64,000 bases of DNA, taken from positions 31,443-95,442 of the forward strand of contig JAWANB010000001.1 of assembly GCA_038895675.1 (NCBI GenBank), given 5' to 3'. The notes beneath the pieces were generated by a model that saw only the letters and a program-made list of their open reading frames with translations, had not been told where the DNA came from and ran no database searches. Of this stretch, positions 55,818 to 64,000 are shown piece by piece. Every line of letters starts with the position of its first letter. Positions within the stretch are counted from its first letter, which is position 1. This stretch comes from Candidatus Iainarchaeum sp. Lineage in GTDB: Archaea; Iainarchaeota; Iainarchaeia; Iainarchaeales; Iainarchaeaceae. The translations under genes were made by a program, and so were the position numbers.

Positions 55818-56770
55818 TCTTTCATCCTCTCGCCAGTAAGATTAAGAAAAACGTCTTCAAGCTCGGGTTCTTTTATTATAGAACTTATTACCTCATAACC
55901 TTGATTTTCAAGCCATTGAGTAAGCAATGAAATTTTTTCAATAGAATGTTCCTGCGAAAAAGAAATTATTATAGTGGAACCTTGAACTTCAACTTGAGAA
56001 TCTTCAAAAGAATTTTTTATGGCTTCAGCATGGTCTTGCATTATAATATGAGATAATTTCATAACCAAAATTCTTACGCCGCCATATTTTTTTATTAGTT
56101 CAAAAGGCTCTCCTACAACAATAAGTTTGCCATTCACCAACAAGCCAACTCTATTACAAAGAGACTGAGCCTCGTCCAAGTAATGCGTAGTAATACAAAT
56201 CGTTTTACCTTGTTCTTTCAATTCATAAATTTTTTTCCAAAGTAAACGCCTCATAGTAGGGTCAAGGCCAACAGTAGGCTCGTCCAAAAAAACTATTTTT
56301 GGATCATGAACAAGAGAACAAGCAATATTTAGCAAACGCTTATAACCACCACTAAGCTCGTTAACAGGCCTGCCAGAAAAATCACTTAATTGAAACCAGT
56401 CAAGCAAATATTTTGTTCTTTCCTCAAGCTTTTCAGCTTTTATACCATACATTAAACCAAAAAAACGAATGTTTTGCTCAACTGAAAAACCATGATAACA
56501 ACTAATTTCCTGAGGCACTACGGCAAACAATTTTTTTATTTCTTCTTTCTTTTCATCCAAGTTAAGGCCAAAATAAGCAACATTACCTTTATCAGCCTCA
56601 AGCAAACTAGTCATGATTTTTATCAAAGTGCTTTTTCCAGCACCATTACTACCAAGCAAACCAAAAATTTCTTTCTCATAAAGCTCAAGCGAAACATTGT
56701 CTAAAGCCAAGTAATCGCCATAAAATTTTGTAATATTCTCAACTAAACAAACCGGAGTTGACATAAACAC
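55814..56770 (-). CDS. ABC transporter ATP-binding protein.
   Basis: Walker A GSNGAGKST, signature LSGGYKRLL, Walker B IVFLDEP. Confidence 0.9.
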   Translation of the reverse strand: MFMSTPVCLVENITKFYGDYLALDNVSLELYEKEIFGLLGSNGAGKSTLIKIMTSLLEADKGNVAYFGLNLDEKKEEIKKLFAVVPQEISCYHGFSVEQNIRFFGLMYGIKAEKLEERTKYLLDWFQLSDFSGRPVNELSGGYKRLLNIACSLVHDPKIVFLDEPTVGLDPTMRRLLWKKIYELKEQGKTICITTHYLDEAQSLCNRVGLLVNGKLIVVGEPFELIKKYGGVRILVMKLSHIIMQDHAEAIKNSFEDSQVEVQGSTIIISFSQEHSIEKISLLTQWLENQGYEVISSIIKEPELEDVFLNLTGERMKE

Positions 56771-56928
56771 AAATATAAAATTAATTTATATTTAAAACTT
56801 GAGGCATGAAAAAAAGTGTAGAAATCGTCAGTTTAAATCTTTTTTTTTAAGTTTTTTGTCTGCTTATAACAAAACATAAAAAATAGCAATATTTATAAAG
56901 ACAAAGAAGAAAGAATAAATAGATTGAA

Positions 56929-57753
56929 ATGTCAGGTGTCCTGTTTTTAGTTATTTTTTTGATTTTAGCAGTCATAACAGCCATTTCAATTCTAAGCCCG
57001 CCATTGTTTTTTTTCATGCTTTTTATAGATACAATTTTTCTCTTAAGCTCAATTAGAATTTTTTATGAGTATGAAAGAGGCATACTATTCACCTTAGGAA
57101 AATATTCAAAGAACCTTCAACCAGGACTAAATTTTATAGTGCCAATAATACAATGGACCAACAAAGTAGACCTAAGACTTTATGTCGCAAACGTCCCGCC
57201 ACAATCCCCAATAACAAAAGATAATGTTTCAATAACAGTAGACGCAGTAATATATTACAAAGTAATGGAAGACCAACCAGAAAAATCCGTGATAAAAGTA
57301 GAAAACTTTCATTACGCAATAAACCAACTAGCACAAACAACATTGAGAAATGTAATAGGAGAAATGACATTAAACCAAGTCTTGTCAAACAGAGACGAAG
57401 TCTCTTTAAGAATAAGACAAATAGTAGACGAAGCATCTGATCCATGGGGAATCAAAGTCATTTCAGTCGAACTAAAAAGAATAGAATTACCAGAACAAAT
57501 GAAAATAGTAATGGCAAAAGCAGCAGCCGCGGAAAGAATCAAAAGAGCAGTAATAATAAAAACCAAAGGAGAAGCAGAAGCAGCAAAAATAGTTAAAGAA
57601 GCAGCAAGCATAATAAGTTCAGTAGAAGGCGGACTTAACTTAAGGACATTACAAAGTTTAGGCAGCATAGCATCAGACCCATCAAACGAAGTAGTGTTTT
57701 TCGTACCATTAGACACAATACAACCACTATACGGTTATAAGGTGAAAAAATGA
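56929..57753 (+). CDS. SPFH/band-7 (stomatin-like) protein.
   Basis: N-terminal TM. RIFYEYERGILFTLGKY...PGLNFIVP...ITKDNVSITVDAVIYYKV. Confidence 0.85.
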   Translation: MSGVLFLVIFLILAVITAISILSPPLFFFMLFIDTIFLLSSIRIFYEYERGILFTLGKYSKNLQPGLNFIVPIIQWTNKVDLRLYVANVPPQSPITKDNVSITVDAVIYYKVMEDQPEKSVIKVENFHYAINQLAQTTLRNVIGEMTLNQVLSNRDEVSLRIRQIVDEASDPWGIKVISVELKRIELPEQMKIVMAKAAAAERIKRAVIIKTKGEAEAAKIVKEAASIISSVEGGLNLRTLQSLGSIASDPSNEVVFFVPLDTIQPLYGYKVKK

Positions 57754-58541
57754 TAGAAATAATAGCAGGCATAATAGCAGTTTTTGCTTTCATAGCCGTT
57801 CCACTAATCATAATTTTACTTGCTCTTTCAATAAAAATAATTAGCGAATATGAACGAGGAGTAAAATTCACTTTAGGCAGATATGATGGAGTAATGAACC
57901 CAGGCTTAAATATAGTCATACCAATAATACAATCATGGCAAAAAGTAGACATTAGAACCAAAGTAGTTGACGTGCCAAAACAAGACATAATGACAAAAGA
58001 CAATATTTCAGCAATAATAAACGCAGTAGTTTATTTTAGAGTAAGCCACGCAGAAAGAGCAGTTTTAGAAGTATTTGATTATTATTATTCGGTAAGTCAA
58101 TTAGCACAAACAAGCATGAGAGAAGTCATAGGAGAAATAAATTTGGATGAATTACTCTCAAAAAGAGACATAACAGCACAAAAAATTAGAGAAATAGTTA
58201 ACAATAAAACAGATGTATGGGGAATAACAATAGAATCAGTAGAATTGAAAGAAATAATATTACCTGATGAATTAGTGAGAGTAATATCACAAGAAGCAGA
58301 AGCAGAAAGAGAAAAACAAGCAATAATTTTAAGAGCACAAGGAGAATTAGAATCAGCAAAAAATTTGAAAGACGCAGCAAAAGATTTAACGAGCGTACCA
58401 GGCGGAATACACTTAAGGACTTTACAAACAATACAATCATTAGGAACTGAGAAAAGCAAAACAGTAATCTACGCAGTACCAAGCGAAATACTAAAACAAG
58501 TAGATATAAAATTAAGCTTAGATAAATTGCTTAAAAAATAA
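57750..58541 (+). CDS. SPFH/band-7 (stomatin-like) protein, tandem paralogue.
   Basis: IISEYERGVKFTLGRY...PGLNIVIP...MTKDNISAIINAVVYFRV. Overlaps the upstream gene by 4 nt. Confidence 0.85.
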   Translation: MIEIIAGIIAVFAFIAVPLIIILLALSIKIISEYERGVKFTLGRYDGVMNPGLNIVIPIIQSWQKVDIRTKVVDVPKQDIMTKDNISAIINAVVYFRVSHAERAVLEVFDYYYSVSQLAQTSMREVIGEINLDELLSKRDITAQKIREIVNNKTDVWGITIESVELKEIILPDELVRVISQEAEAEREKQAIILRAQGELESAKNLKDAAKDLTSVPGGIHLRTLQTIQSLGTEKSKTVIYAVPSEILKQVDIKLSLDKLLKK

Positions 58542-58544
58542 AAT

Positions 58545-59306
58545 TCACCTCATTCTATTTCTATTAAACCTATTGCTCAATGATGTAAGAGAAAATCTAC
58601 GTAATCTTTTTGGAACAGATTTTAATTTTTCCACAACAAATTTTCTAAAATCAATAACATCAGAAACTCGAGTAATTTCTTCTAATTGTCTCCTTTCATC
58701 TTTTACAAGCGGCGCTCTAGCCTTAAACAATATTTTAGACAAAAACAATTGTCTTTTTTTTGGTATAAGATAATTTAAAGCTCTTTCTAATCCATAACCA
58801 TGCAACAAAGACAACCATTTTTTATTATTTACTAAAATAGGATTCAAAACAAAAAATTTTATTGCTCTTTGTCCAGAAAATTCAGGAATTAAAGAATTGT
58901 TACCTTCTACAACAGAGCCTACACACATATAATAGTTGCTATTGATGAGTTTATTTACCATAAAATCAATACTTTCAGTTTTTAAATCATACAAATCAGC
59001 ATCTAAAGTAACTAAAACATCAGGCTCATTTTTAGCCAAATGCTTCACTCCAGTAATAAAAGCCTCGGCTTTGCCAACATTCCTGCCAAGAGGCGAAGAA
59101 TCAATGACCTCAAGAAAATCAAATTCTTCCAATAATTCTTTAGTTCTGTCAGTGCTACCATCATTAACAACTAAAATTCTTCTATTCGAATAATCTTGCT
59201 CCTTCCATTTTTTTAAACGCTTGACTAAATCAACTATATTATCTTCTTCATTATAAGCAGGCACCAAAACACAAACTTTGACATTTTGTACATTCATCCA
59301 AACCAC
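58545..59306 (-). CDS. GT2 glycosyltransferase (dolichyl-phosphate sugar transferase-like).
   Basis: VLVPAYNEEDNI...ILVVNDGSTDRT...VTLDADL gives GT-A DxD motifs. Confidence 0.75.
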   Translation of the reverse strand: MVWMNVQNVKVCVLVPAYNEEDNIVDLVKRLKKWKEQDYSNRRILVVNDGSTDRTKELLEEFDFLEVIDSSPLGRNVGKAEAFITGVKHLAKNEPDVLVTLDADLYDLKTESIDFMVNKLINSNYYMCVGSVVEGNNSLIPEFSGQRAIKFFVLNPILVNNKKWLSLLHGYGLERALNYLIPKKRQLFLSKILFKARAPLVKDERRQLEEITRVSDVIDFRKFVVEKLKSVPKRLRRFSLTSLSNRFNRNRMR

Positions 59307-59310
59307 TTAA

Positions 59311-60258
59311 TCATTTATAAAGCATCCCATAGTATAATTGCTCTATCAAAGCTTTATACCTTAGATCGCCATTATAATAAAAAGACTCTATCGGAGCAGC
59401 ATAATAAGCAACCCTTTCACCAACACCATTAGTAACTATCAAAGGAAGCTTTTTTCCAACATCATACTTTTTACCTTTCTCTATCCAAGGCTTATTATCA
59501 GATGAAACTAAAACATCAGACAAATTATCAATAACAGCAACAATTTTTACGTTAGAAGACTTTTTTGACCTAACTAAAGCATAATCTCCTTTAAATTCAA
59601 GAGTAGGACTTAAACCATAAACTAATTTATGCTCAGAATCCAAAACTTCTAAATAGCCCGAAAAAGAATTTTTAGAACAATCGTTAAACTCACAATAATT
59701 TCCAACATAATCCAAACCTAAAGTCTCGTCAAAAGACAATTGCCTACCAAAATCTTCCCTAGCCCAAGGACCCAAAGGAAATTCCTTACCGCCTTCAATT
59801 CTTTGGTTTTCTAAAAGCAACCTGTCATTTTCACAAAGTTCCGTGCCCGCATCCCCAGTCCAAACAAGACGACCACCTATACTCAAATAATATTGGAAAA
59901 GACGCAATTTGTCAGAACAAATTTTTTTTGCACGCTCCACGATTATCAAATCATAATTACTAATAGTCCCATAAGTCAACAAACTAATATCAATACTTGA
60001 AACCTTAGACCCTAAAAAATCCCGATCAGACAAAAGCTCTTCAAGCTTATTAGGATCACCCAAACCATAATCAGAATAAGCGATCAAAACTTTTGGAGCT
60101 CTACCTTTAACAACCTGATAATATACTTCACAGCCGCCAGGCAAAAAATCACAACTAACCAAACCAGTATAAACAAGAACCCACAACAAAACCAAAAGCA
60201 AAACAAACAAAACCAAAAACCTGAAAACCAAATTGTTAGAAGACATTATCAAAAACAA
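59311..60258 (-). CDS. Membrane-anchored extracytoplasmic protein, diverged paralogue of 5804..6754.
   Basis: Same conserved blocks as its partner: GCEVYYQVVKGRAPKVLIAYSDYGLG, YDLIIVERAKKI...GGRLVWTGDAGT, LGPWAREDF...SFDETLG, GVGERVAYYAAP and a C-terminal LYYGMLYK. Confidence 0.6.
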   Translation of the reverse strand: MFLIMSSNNLVFRFLVLFVLLLVLLWVLVYTGLVSCDFLPGGCEVYYQVVKGRAPKVLIAYSDYGLGDPNKLEELLSDRDFLGSKVSSIDISLLTYGTISNYDLIIVERAKKICSDKLRLFQYYLSIGGRLVWTGDAGTELCENDRLLLENQRIEGGKEFPLGPWAREDFGRQLSFDETLGLDYVGNYCEFNDCSKNSFSGYLEVLDSEHKLVYGLSPTLEFKGDYALVRSKKSSNVKIVAVIDNLSDVLVSSDNKPWIEKGKKYDVGKKLPLIVTNGVGERVAYYAAPIESFYYNGDLRYKALIEQLYYGMLYK

Positions 60259-60304
60259 CTACTTTCACATTTTAATTATTTACTTTTGAAAAAAACTTGC
60301 AAAA

Positions 60305-60390
60305 TGCAGGAGGGAGGATTCGAACCTCCGAAGGCACTAAGCCACTGGCACCTCAAGCCAGCCCAATTGACCGGACTATGGGACTCCTGC
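60305..60390 (-). tRNA. tRNA-Leu (anticodon GAG), type II with a long variable arm. CCA is not encoded.
   Basis: The reverse complement folds as follows. Acceptor GCAGGAG/CTCCTGC. 3-bp D stem. Anticodon stem CTGGC/GCCAG with loop TTGAGGT. Long variable arm. T arm GGAGG-TTCGAAT-CCTCC. Discriminator A. Confidence 0.85.
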
Positions 60391-60667
60391 ACTTAAATAA
60401 AATAATTCATCAAACACCTTTTTATAAAGTTTGCAAAAAACCGCTTGCAAAAATTCAAACGACTTTTTATTTATTTTTATTTAATTAGTCCAAAAAATAA
60501 GTAAAAACAAAAGCAAAAAAAGGAGTAAGCCAGGGATCTGCAAACTCAAAACAAAAATTTGAGCCGCCCACCAAAGGCAAAGCAGTATAGCTTACCCCCT
60601 TAACTCCCAATACACCAAAATAATTACTAACTTAAAGTTTTTATATTTTAGCGCTTTCAGTTTCTAA

Positions 60668-61318
60668 ATGGATAAAATAGTTGCTTCAGTTTTAGACGCC
60701 GATTTTTCAAATTGGAAAACTTGGCTGAAAGCCATAGAAAACTCAGGAATAAAAAGAATACAATGGGACATAATGGACAACAAGTTTGTAGAAAATAATG
60801 GCGTAGATAAAAAATACATTCAAATACTAAGACCAAAAACAAAACTCTTTTTTGAATCGCACTTAATGGTAAATTACCCAGAAAATTACATAAACGAATT
60901 TGCCGAAAATGGAACACAATTACTCATATTTCACTTAGAATCAACTAAGAACCCATTAAACCTAATAGAAAAAATTGAAGATCATGGACTAAAAGTAGGA
61001 ATGGCAATAGACATAAACACAGACCAAAAAAAAATTTACCCCTTCTTAGATAAAATAGACTTGGCTTTAGTCATGAGCGTAAAAGCAGGAAAAGGAGGCC
61101 AAAAATTCCAAGAAAAAGTCTTGACAAAAATCAAAGAATTAAAAAAAGAAATACAAAACAACGAACTACAATGCGAAATAGAAGTAGACGGAGGAATTAA
61201 GCCAGAAACAGCAAAAAAATGCCTAAATGCTGGAGCAAACCTTTTAGTAGTTGGAAGCTACATATTCAAAAACCCAATAGGAATAAATGCAGCATTAGAA
61301 GAATTGAAAAAAATTTAA
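60668..61318 (+). CDS. rpe: Ribulose-phosphate 3-epimerase.
   Basis: IVASVLDADFSNW...HLMV...MAIDI...DGGI are the RPE TIM-barrel motifs. Confidence 0.85.
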   Translation: MDKIVASVLDADFSNWKTWLKAIENSGIKRIQWDIMDNKFVENNGVDKKYIQILRPKTKLFFESHLMVNYPENYINEFAENGTQLLIFHLESTKNPLNLIEKIEDHGLKVGMAIDINTDQKKIYPFLDKIDLALVMSVKAGKGGQKFQEKVLTKIKELKKEIQNNELQCEIEVDGGIKPETAKKCLNAGANLLVVGSYIFKNPIGINAALEELKKI

Positions 61319-62571
61319 CTCAAAACAGCTTGTTTAATAACATTACTTCTTCTCAAAATAAAAAATATTTCAAAACTGCTCAAAATAATAGTACCCAAAA
61401 TAACCACATAAACAATAGACGCAATATCACTAGCAAAAGGAATATTATCTAAAATAAGTATTTGAGCAATTGCAGCAGCAGCCAAACCCCTCGCAAAAAC
61501 AGCTCTAATAATTTTAGAATCAAAATCCAAAATATCTTTAGGCATTATCAAAAAACCAGTCTTTCTAGCTAAAAACAAAATACAAGACAAAGCTATTCCA
61601 ATCAACAAAAACCTGACCTCTGAGAAATTTATTAAAGAACCAACATATACGAAAAAGAAAGTCTTTAATATAAAAGACAACTGATTGTAAAAAAATTCTT
61701 CTTCTGCTGTTGTAATAGAAATACCTTTTTCAGTTAAAGGTCTATCAAAATTATTAGTACTTATTCGATAAACAATTTCAGACAAAGAACTTGAATTACG
61801 CAAAACCAATCCAAAAGAAAGAGAAGCTATTGCACCATTTCCACCAAAATAATCTGCAAAAAAATAAGTCAACATCAAACACGCAATAGTTAGCATGTAA
61901 GGCTTATTTTTGTTGAAAAATTTAACTACAATTACAATCCACCCCCAGGCAAACAAGGTTCCAACAAAAGCCCCAACAGCGAAAAGGCTAACTATTTGAC
62001 TTAAAGCAAATTGAAATTCCAAAGTTTCCAAAGTTATTAACTTAGCAACAGCTATAGCAGAAACTATGCATAAAACATCAGTAAACGCGGATTCTAAAGT
62101 CAAAACAGAATAAGTTTCCGAAGAAACTTTTAATTGCTTTACAATAGGAACAACAAAAGCTGAAGAAATACCACCAAGAGTAAAACCAACCAACAAACTA
62201 GTCAAAATAGGATAACCAATCAAAGTCATAAAACCAGTTACTAAAAAACAAGAAACCAAGAAAAAGTAAAAAGTAACGCCAATGCTTTTCTTGATACTTT
62301 TAGACAAAGATTGCAAATCAATATTAAAAGCCCCATCATATAACAAAAAAAGCAAAGTAAAAGTAGTAAAGACAGGAGAAATGATAACAAAATCAGACGG
62401 TTTTATTATACCTAAACCAAATTCGCCCAAAATAATTCCAAAGAACAATAAAAAAAGAATATCAGGCAAACCAGTACGCTTAAATAAGAACTCTGCAAAA
62501 ATACCAAAAAACATTATTGAACTTAAAGCAAGTAAAATATAACTAACATCATTCATCAATAAATTAATCAA
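61315..62571 (-). CDS. Cation:proton antiporter (CPA1/NhaP-like).
   Basis: About 12 TMs. LFLLFFGIILGEFGLG and ESAFTDVLCIV resemble NhaP-type motifs. Confidence 0.55.
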   Translation of the reverse strand: MINLLMNDVSYILLALSSIMFFGIFAEFLFKRTGLPDILFLLFFGIILGEFGLGIIKPSDFVIISPVFTTFTLLFLLYDGAFNIDLQSLSKSIKKSIGVTFYFFLVSCFLVTGFMTLIGYPILTSLLVGFTLGGISSAFVVPIVKQLKVSSETYSVLTLESAFTDVLCIVSAIAVAKLITLETLEFQFALSQIVSLFAVGAFVGTLFAWGWIVIVVKFFNKNKPYMLTIACLMLTYFFADYFGGNGAIASLSFGLVLRNSSSLSEIVYRISTNNFDRPLTEKGISITTAEEEFFYNQLSFILKTFFFVYVGSLINFSEVRFLLIGIALSCILFLARKTGFLIMPKDILDFDSKIIRAVFARGLAAAAIAQILILDNIPFASDIASIVYVVILGTIILSSFEIFFILRRSNVIKQAVLS

Positions 62572-62647
62572 ACCTAAATTTAAAAAATTAATTTAAATAT
62601 AAAAAAAAGCAAAAAAATAACAAGTTTAAAAAAATGAAAAAAATATT

Positions 62648-62797
62648 TTATTTTCCAGCTAACTTTTTAGACTTTACATAAGCCCAAAGCTTTTTAGTCA
62701 TCTCTGAAGGAGAAATTCTTTCAGAACCAAAAACAGACTCCAAAGTATCATTACAACCCTTAAAACTTATAGAATACCCACCAAAACTCTTCGGCAT
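62648..62797 (-). CDS. Small unannotated ORF (49 aa) with a SWIB/MDM2-like motif.
   Basis: MPKSFGGYSISFKGCNDTLESVFGSERISPSEMTKKLWAYVKSKKLAGK. The stretch RISPSEMTKKLWAYVK resembles the SWIB helix (SRTEVVKKLWEYIK). It is too short for the track's 60-aa cutoff. Confidence 0.3.
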   Translation of the reverse strand: MPKSFGGYSISFKGCNDTLESVFGSERISPSEMTKKLWAYVKSKKLAGK

Positions 62798-62873
62798 TTA
62801 ACCACCCCACAGAAAAATAAAGACTAAATAAGTCAAAAAAACTATTTAAAGTTAAGCATAGTAATTTTGTTAT

Positions 62874-63287
62874 ATGCAAGAATGCATATTTTGCCAAATA
62901 GCACAAAAAAAATCTACTGCATTCATAGTTTACGAAAATGAAGAAACTATGGCATTTTTAGACATATTCCCATCAAACAAAGGCCATACCCTAATAATAC
63001 CAAAAAAACACTACGAAAACATAGAAGAAATACCAGAAAAACAACTAATTGAAATAGCAAAAACTACAAAAAAAGTTAGCCAAGCAATAAAAGAAGCAAC
63101 CGACGCACAAGGATTTAACATAATACTAAACAACGGAAAAACAGCAGGCCAACTCATAATGCATTTACACTTTCACATAGTGCCAAGATTCGAAAACGAC
63201 AATCTCAAATTAGCATTCAAATCAAACAAAGCTGAAAAAGAAGAATTAGAAGAAACCCTAAAAAAAATAAAACAAAAAATAAAATAA
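62874..63287 (+). CDS. HIT-family (histidine triad) nucleotide hydrolase.
   Basis: CIFCQI...HLHFHIVPR is the HxHxHxx triad. Confidence 0.9.
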   Translation: MQECIFCQIAQKKSTAFIVYENEETMAFLDIFPSNKGHTLIIPKKHYENIEEIPEKQLIEIAKTTKKVSQAIKEATDAQGFNIILNNGKTAGQLIMHLHFHIVPRFENDNLKLAFKSNKAEKEELEETLKKIKQKIK

Positions 63288-63289
63288 AG

Positions 63290-63373
63290 CGCGGAGGGCG
63301 AGATTCGAACTCGCGCTCCCTTTCGGGAACCTGGTCTCAAGCCAGGCGCATTTGACCACTCTGCCACCTCCGC
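63290..63373 (-). tRNA. tRNA-Ser (anticodon TGA), type II. CCA is not encoded.
   Basis: The reverse complement folds as follows. Acceptor GCGGAGG/CCTCCGC. 3-bp D stem. Anticodon stem CCTGG/CCAGG with loop CTTGAGA. Long variable arm. T arm GCGAG-TTCGAAT-CTCGC. Discriminator G. Confidence 0.85.
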
Positions 63374-63413
63374 AATAATGAAATTACAATTAAACATTAT
63401 TAAAATAACAGCA

Positions 63414-64000
63414 TCACTTTTTCTCAATGAAAAGACCTATTAAAAAAGCAAACAATAAATTTGAAAAAATATGAATAAAAGAAAAAGGCCAAACCAAAAT
63501 AGCCCCATCAGGAATATTAACAATTATTTCAAAAATTAAAGTACCTAAAACAGAATAATAAACTAAATCTTGAGAGCTAACAAAATTTTTAAAACCAGCA
63601 ATAGCACCAGCAATAGCACCACCTAAACTCTGCAAAATAGACCAAACACCAAAAAGCCCACCTTCAAGAAAAATATTTGACAAAGGATAAGCCAACAGAC
63701 CTATTAAAATCGCCCCATCAGAACCATAAACCAAACCAACATAAACAGCAATAGGAATTATAGGCTCAACAGAAACAAAAACTGGAAACTCTTTTAACAA
63801 AAGACGCCCAAAAACAGCAATACCTAAAAGCATTAAAAATTTAGTCTCGCTTAACTTTCTTTTAGTAAAAACTTTTTCAACTTTACCACTTTTTGCTTCC
63901 TCACTACCATGAGAAGAATGCTCAGCATGCTTGCTATGCTCGCCATGACTTTCATGATTAACATGTTCAGCATGACTCTCACTATGTTCCTCATGAGACT
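63414..64000 (-). CDS. Membrane protein with a His-rich N-terminal extension (putative metal-binding). The 5' end is outside the window.
   Basis: The frame stays open upstream of the track's Met at 63833 to the window edge. It encodes ...SHEEHSESHAEHVNHESHGEHSKHAEHSSHGSEEAKSGKVEKVF... ahead of 4-5 TM helices. Confidence 0.5.
   Translation of the reverse strand, partial: SHEEHSESHAEHVNHESHGEHSKHAEHSSHGSEEAKSGKVEKVFTKRKLSETKFLMLLGIAVFGRLLLKEFPVFVSVEPIIPIAVYVGLVYGSDGAILIGLLAYPLSNIFLEGGLFGVWSILQSLGGAIAGAIAGFKNFVSSQDLVYYSVLGTLIFEIIVNIPDGAILVWPFSFIHIFSNLLFAFLIGLFIEKK

Noticed and set aside
60297-60488. 63-aa plus-strand ORF.
   Set aside because: It overlaps the tRNA-Leu(GAG) gene on the opposite strand. 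The GC-rich tRNA sequence creates a spurious ORF.
60522-60600. tRNA or tRNA pseudogene.
   Set aside because: I tried cloverleaf folding on both strands. There is no T-loop (TTCRANT) and no D-arm, and the acceptor pairing has a mismatch. It is kept only as a possible structured element.
63173-63427. 84-aa minus-strand ORF.
   Set aside because: It spans the tRNA-Ser(TGA) gene and the HIT gene 3' end. It is spurious.

Overview
AT-rich window with compact genes, many 4-nt overlaps and frequent GGAGG-type ribosome-binding sites. It is archaeal in character, and the combination of features looks DPANN-like; the lineage is inferred only, as no marker was searched. The archaeal evidence is a diphthine synthase, a four-subunit PorGDAB 2-oxoacid:ferredoxin oxidoreductase, a group-3-type [NiFe] hydrogenase with HypC and a maturation protease, tRNAs without encoded CCA, and very large N-glycosylation-sequon-rich surface proteins.

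Most of the window is housekeeping or metabolism:
- rnhB, scpB, scpA, sodA, msrB, trm5, adk, ahcY, acyP, cutA, folD, glyA, rpe, a HIT protein and a NUDIX hydrolase.
- A purine cluster: purC, purA, purE, purH, purN, purM, purB.
- An ABC-2 exporter pair and tandem SPFH/stomatin genes.

The accessory-looking parts are:
1. A roughly 10-kb minus-strand operon of three giant extracellular proteins (1241, 576 and 1091 aa, with CarboxypepD_reg/transthyretin-like repeats and Cys-rich stalks) followed by a membrane-anchored 316-aa protein. A diverged paralogue of that last gene sits about 53 kb away, next to a GT2 and a tRNA-Leu.
2. A roughly 480-bp scar between sodA and that operon. It carries an exact 41-nt copy of an internal coding segment of the neighbouring gene, plus an 88-codon remnant ORF ending in a Cas4/RecB-nuclease-type CX2CX5C motif.
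3. A glycan island: a GH130 phosphorylase, a GT4 fused to an amylo-1,6-glucosidase-like domain, a PfkB kinase fused to a NagB deaminase, and an overlapping PIG-L deacetylase and GT4.
4. A minimal two-subunit [NiFe] hydrogenase whose small subunit is cut back to the proximal-cluster domain, with an Asp in place of the first Cys ligand.

Two tRNAs (Leu-GAG, Ser-TGA) lie on the minus strand. No rRNA and no CRISPR array were seen.
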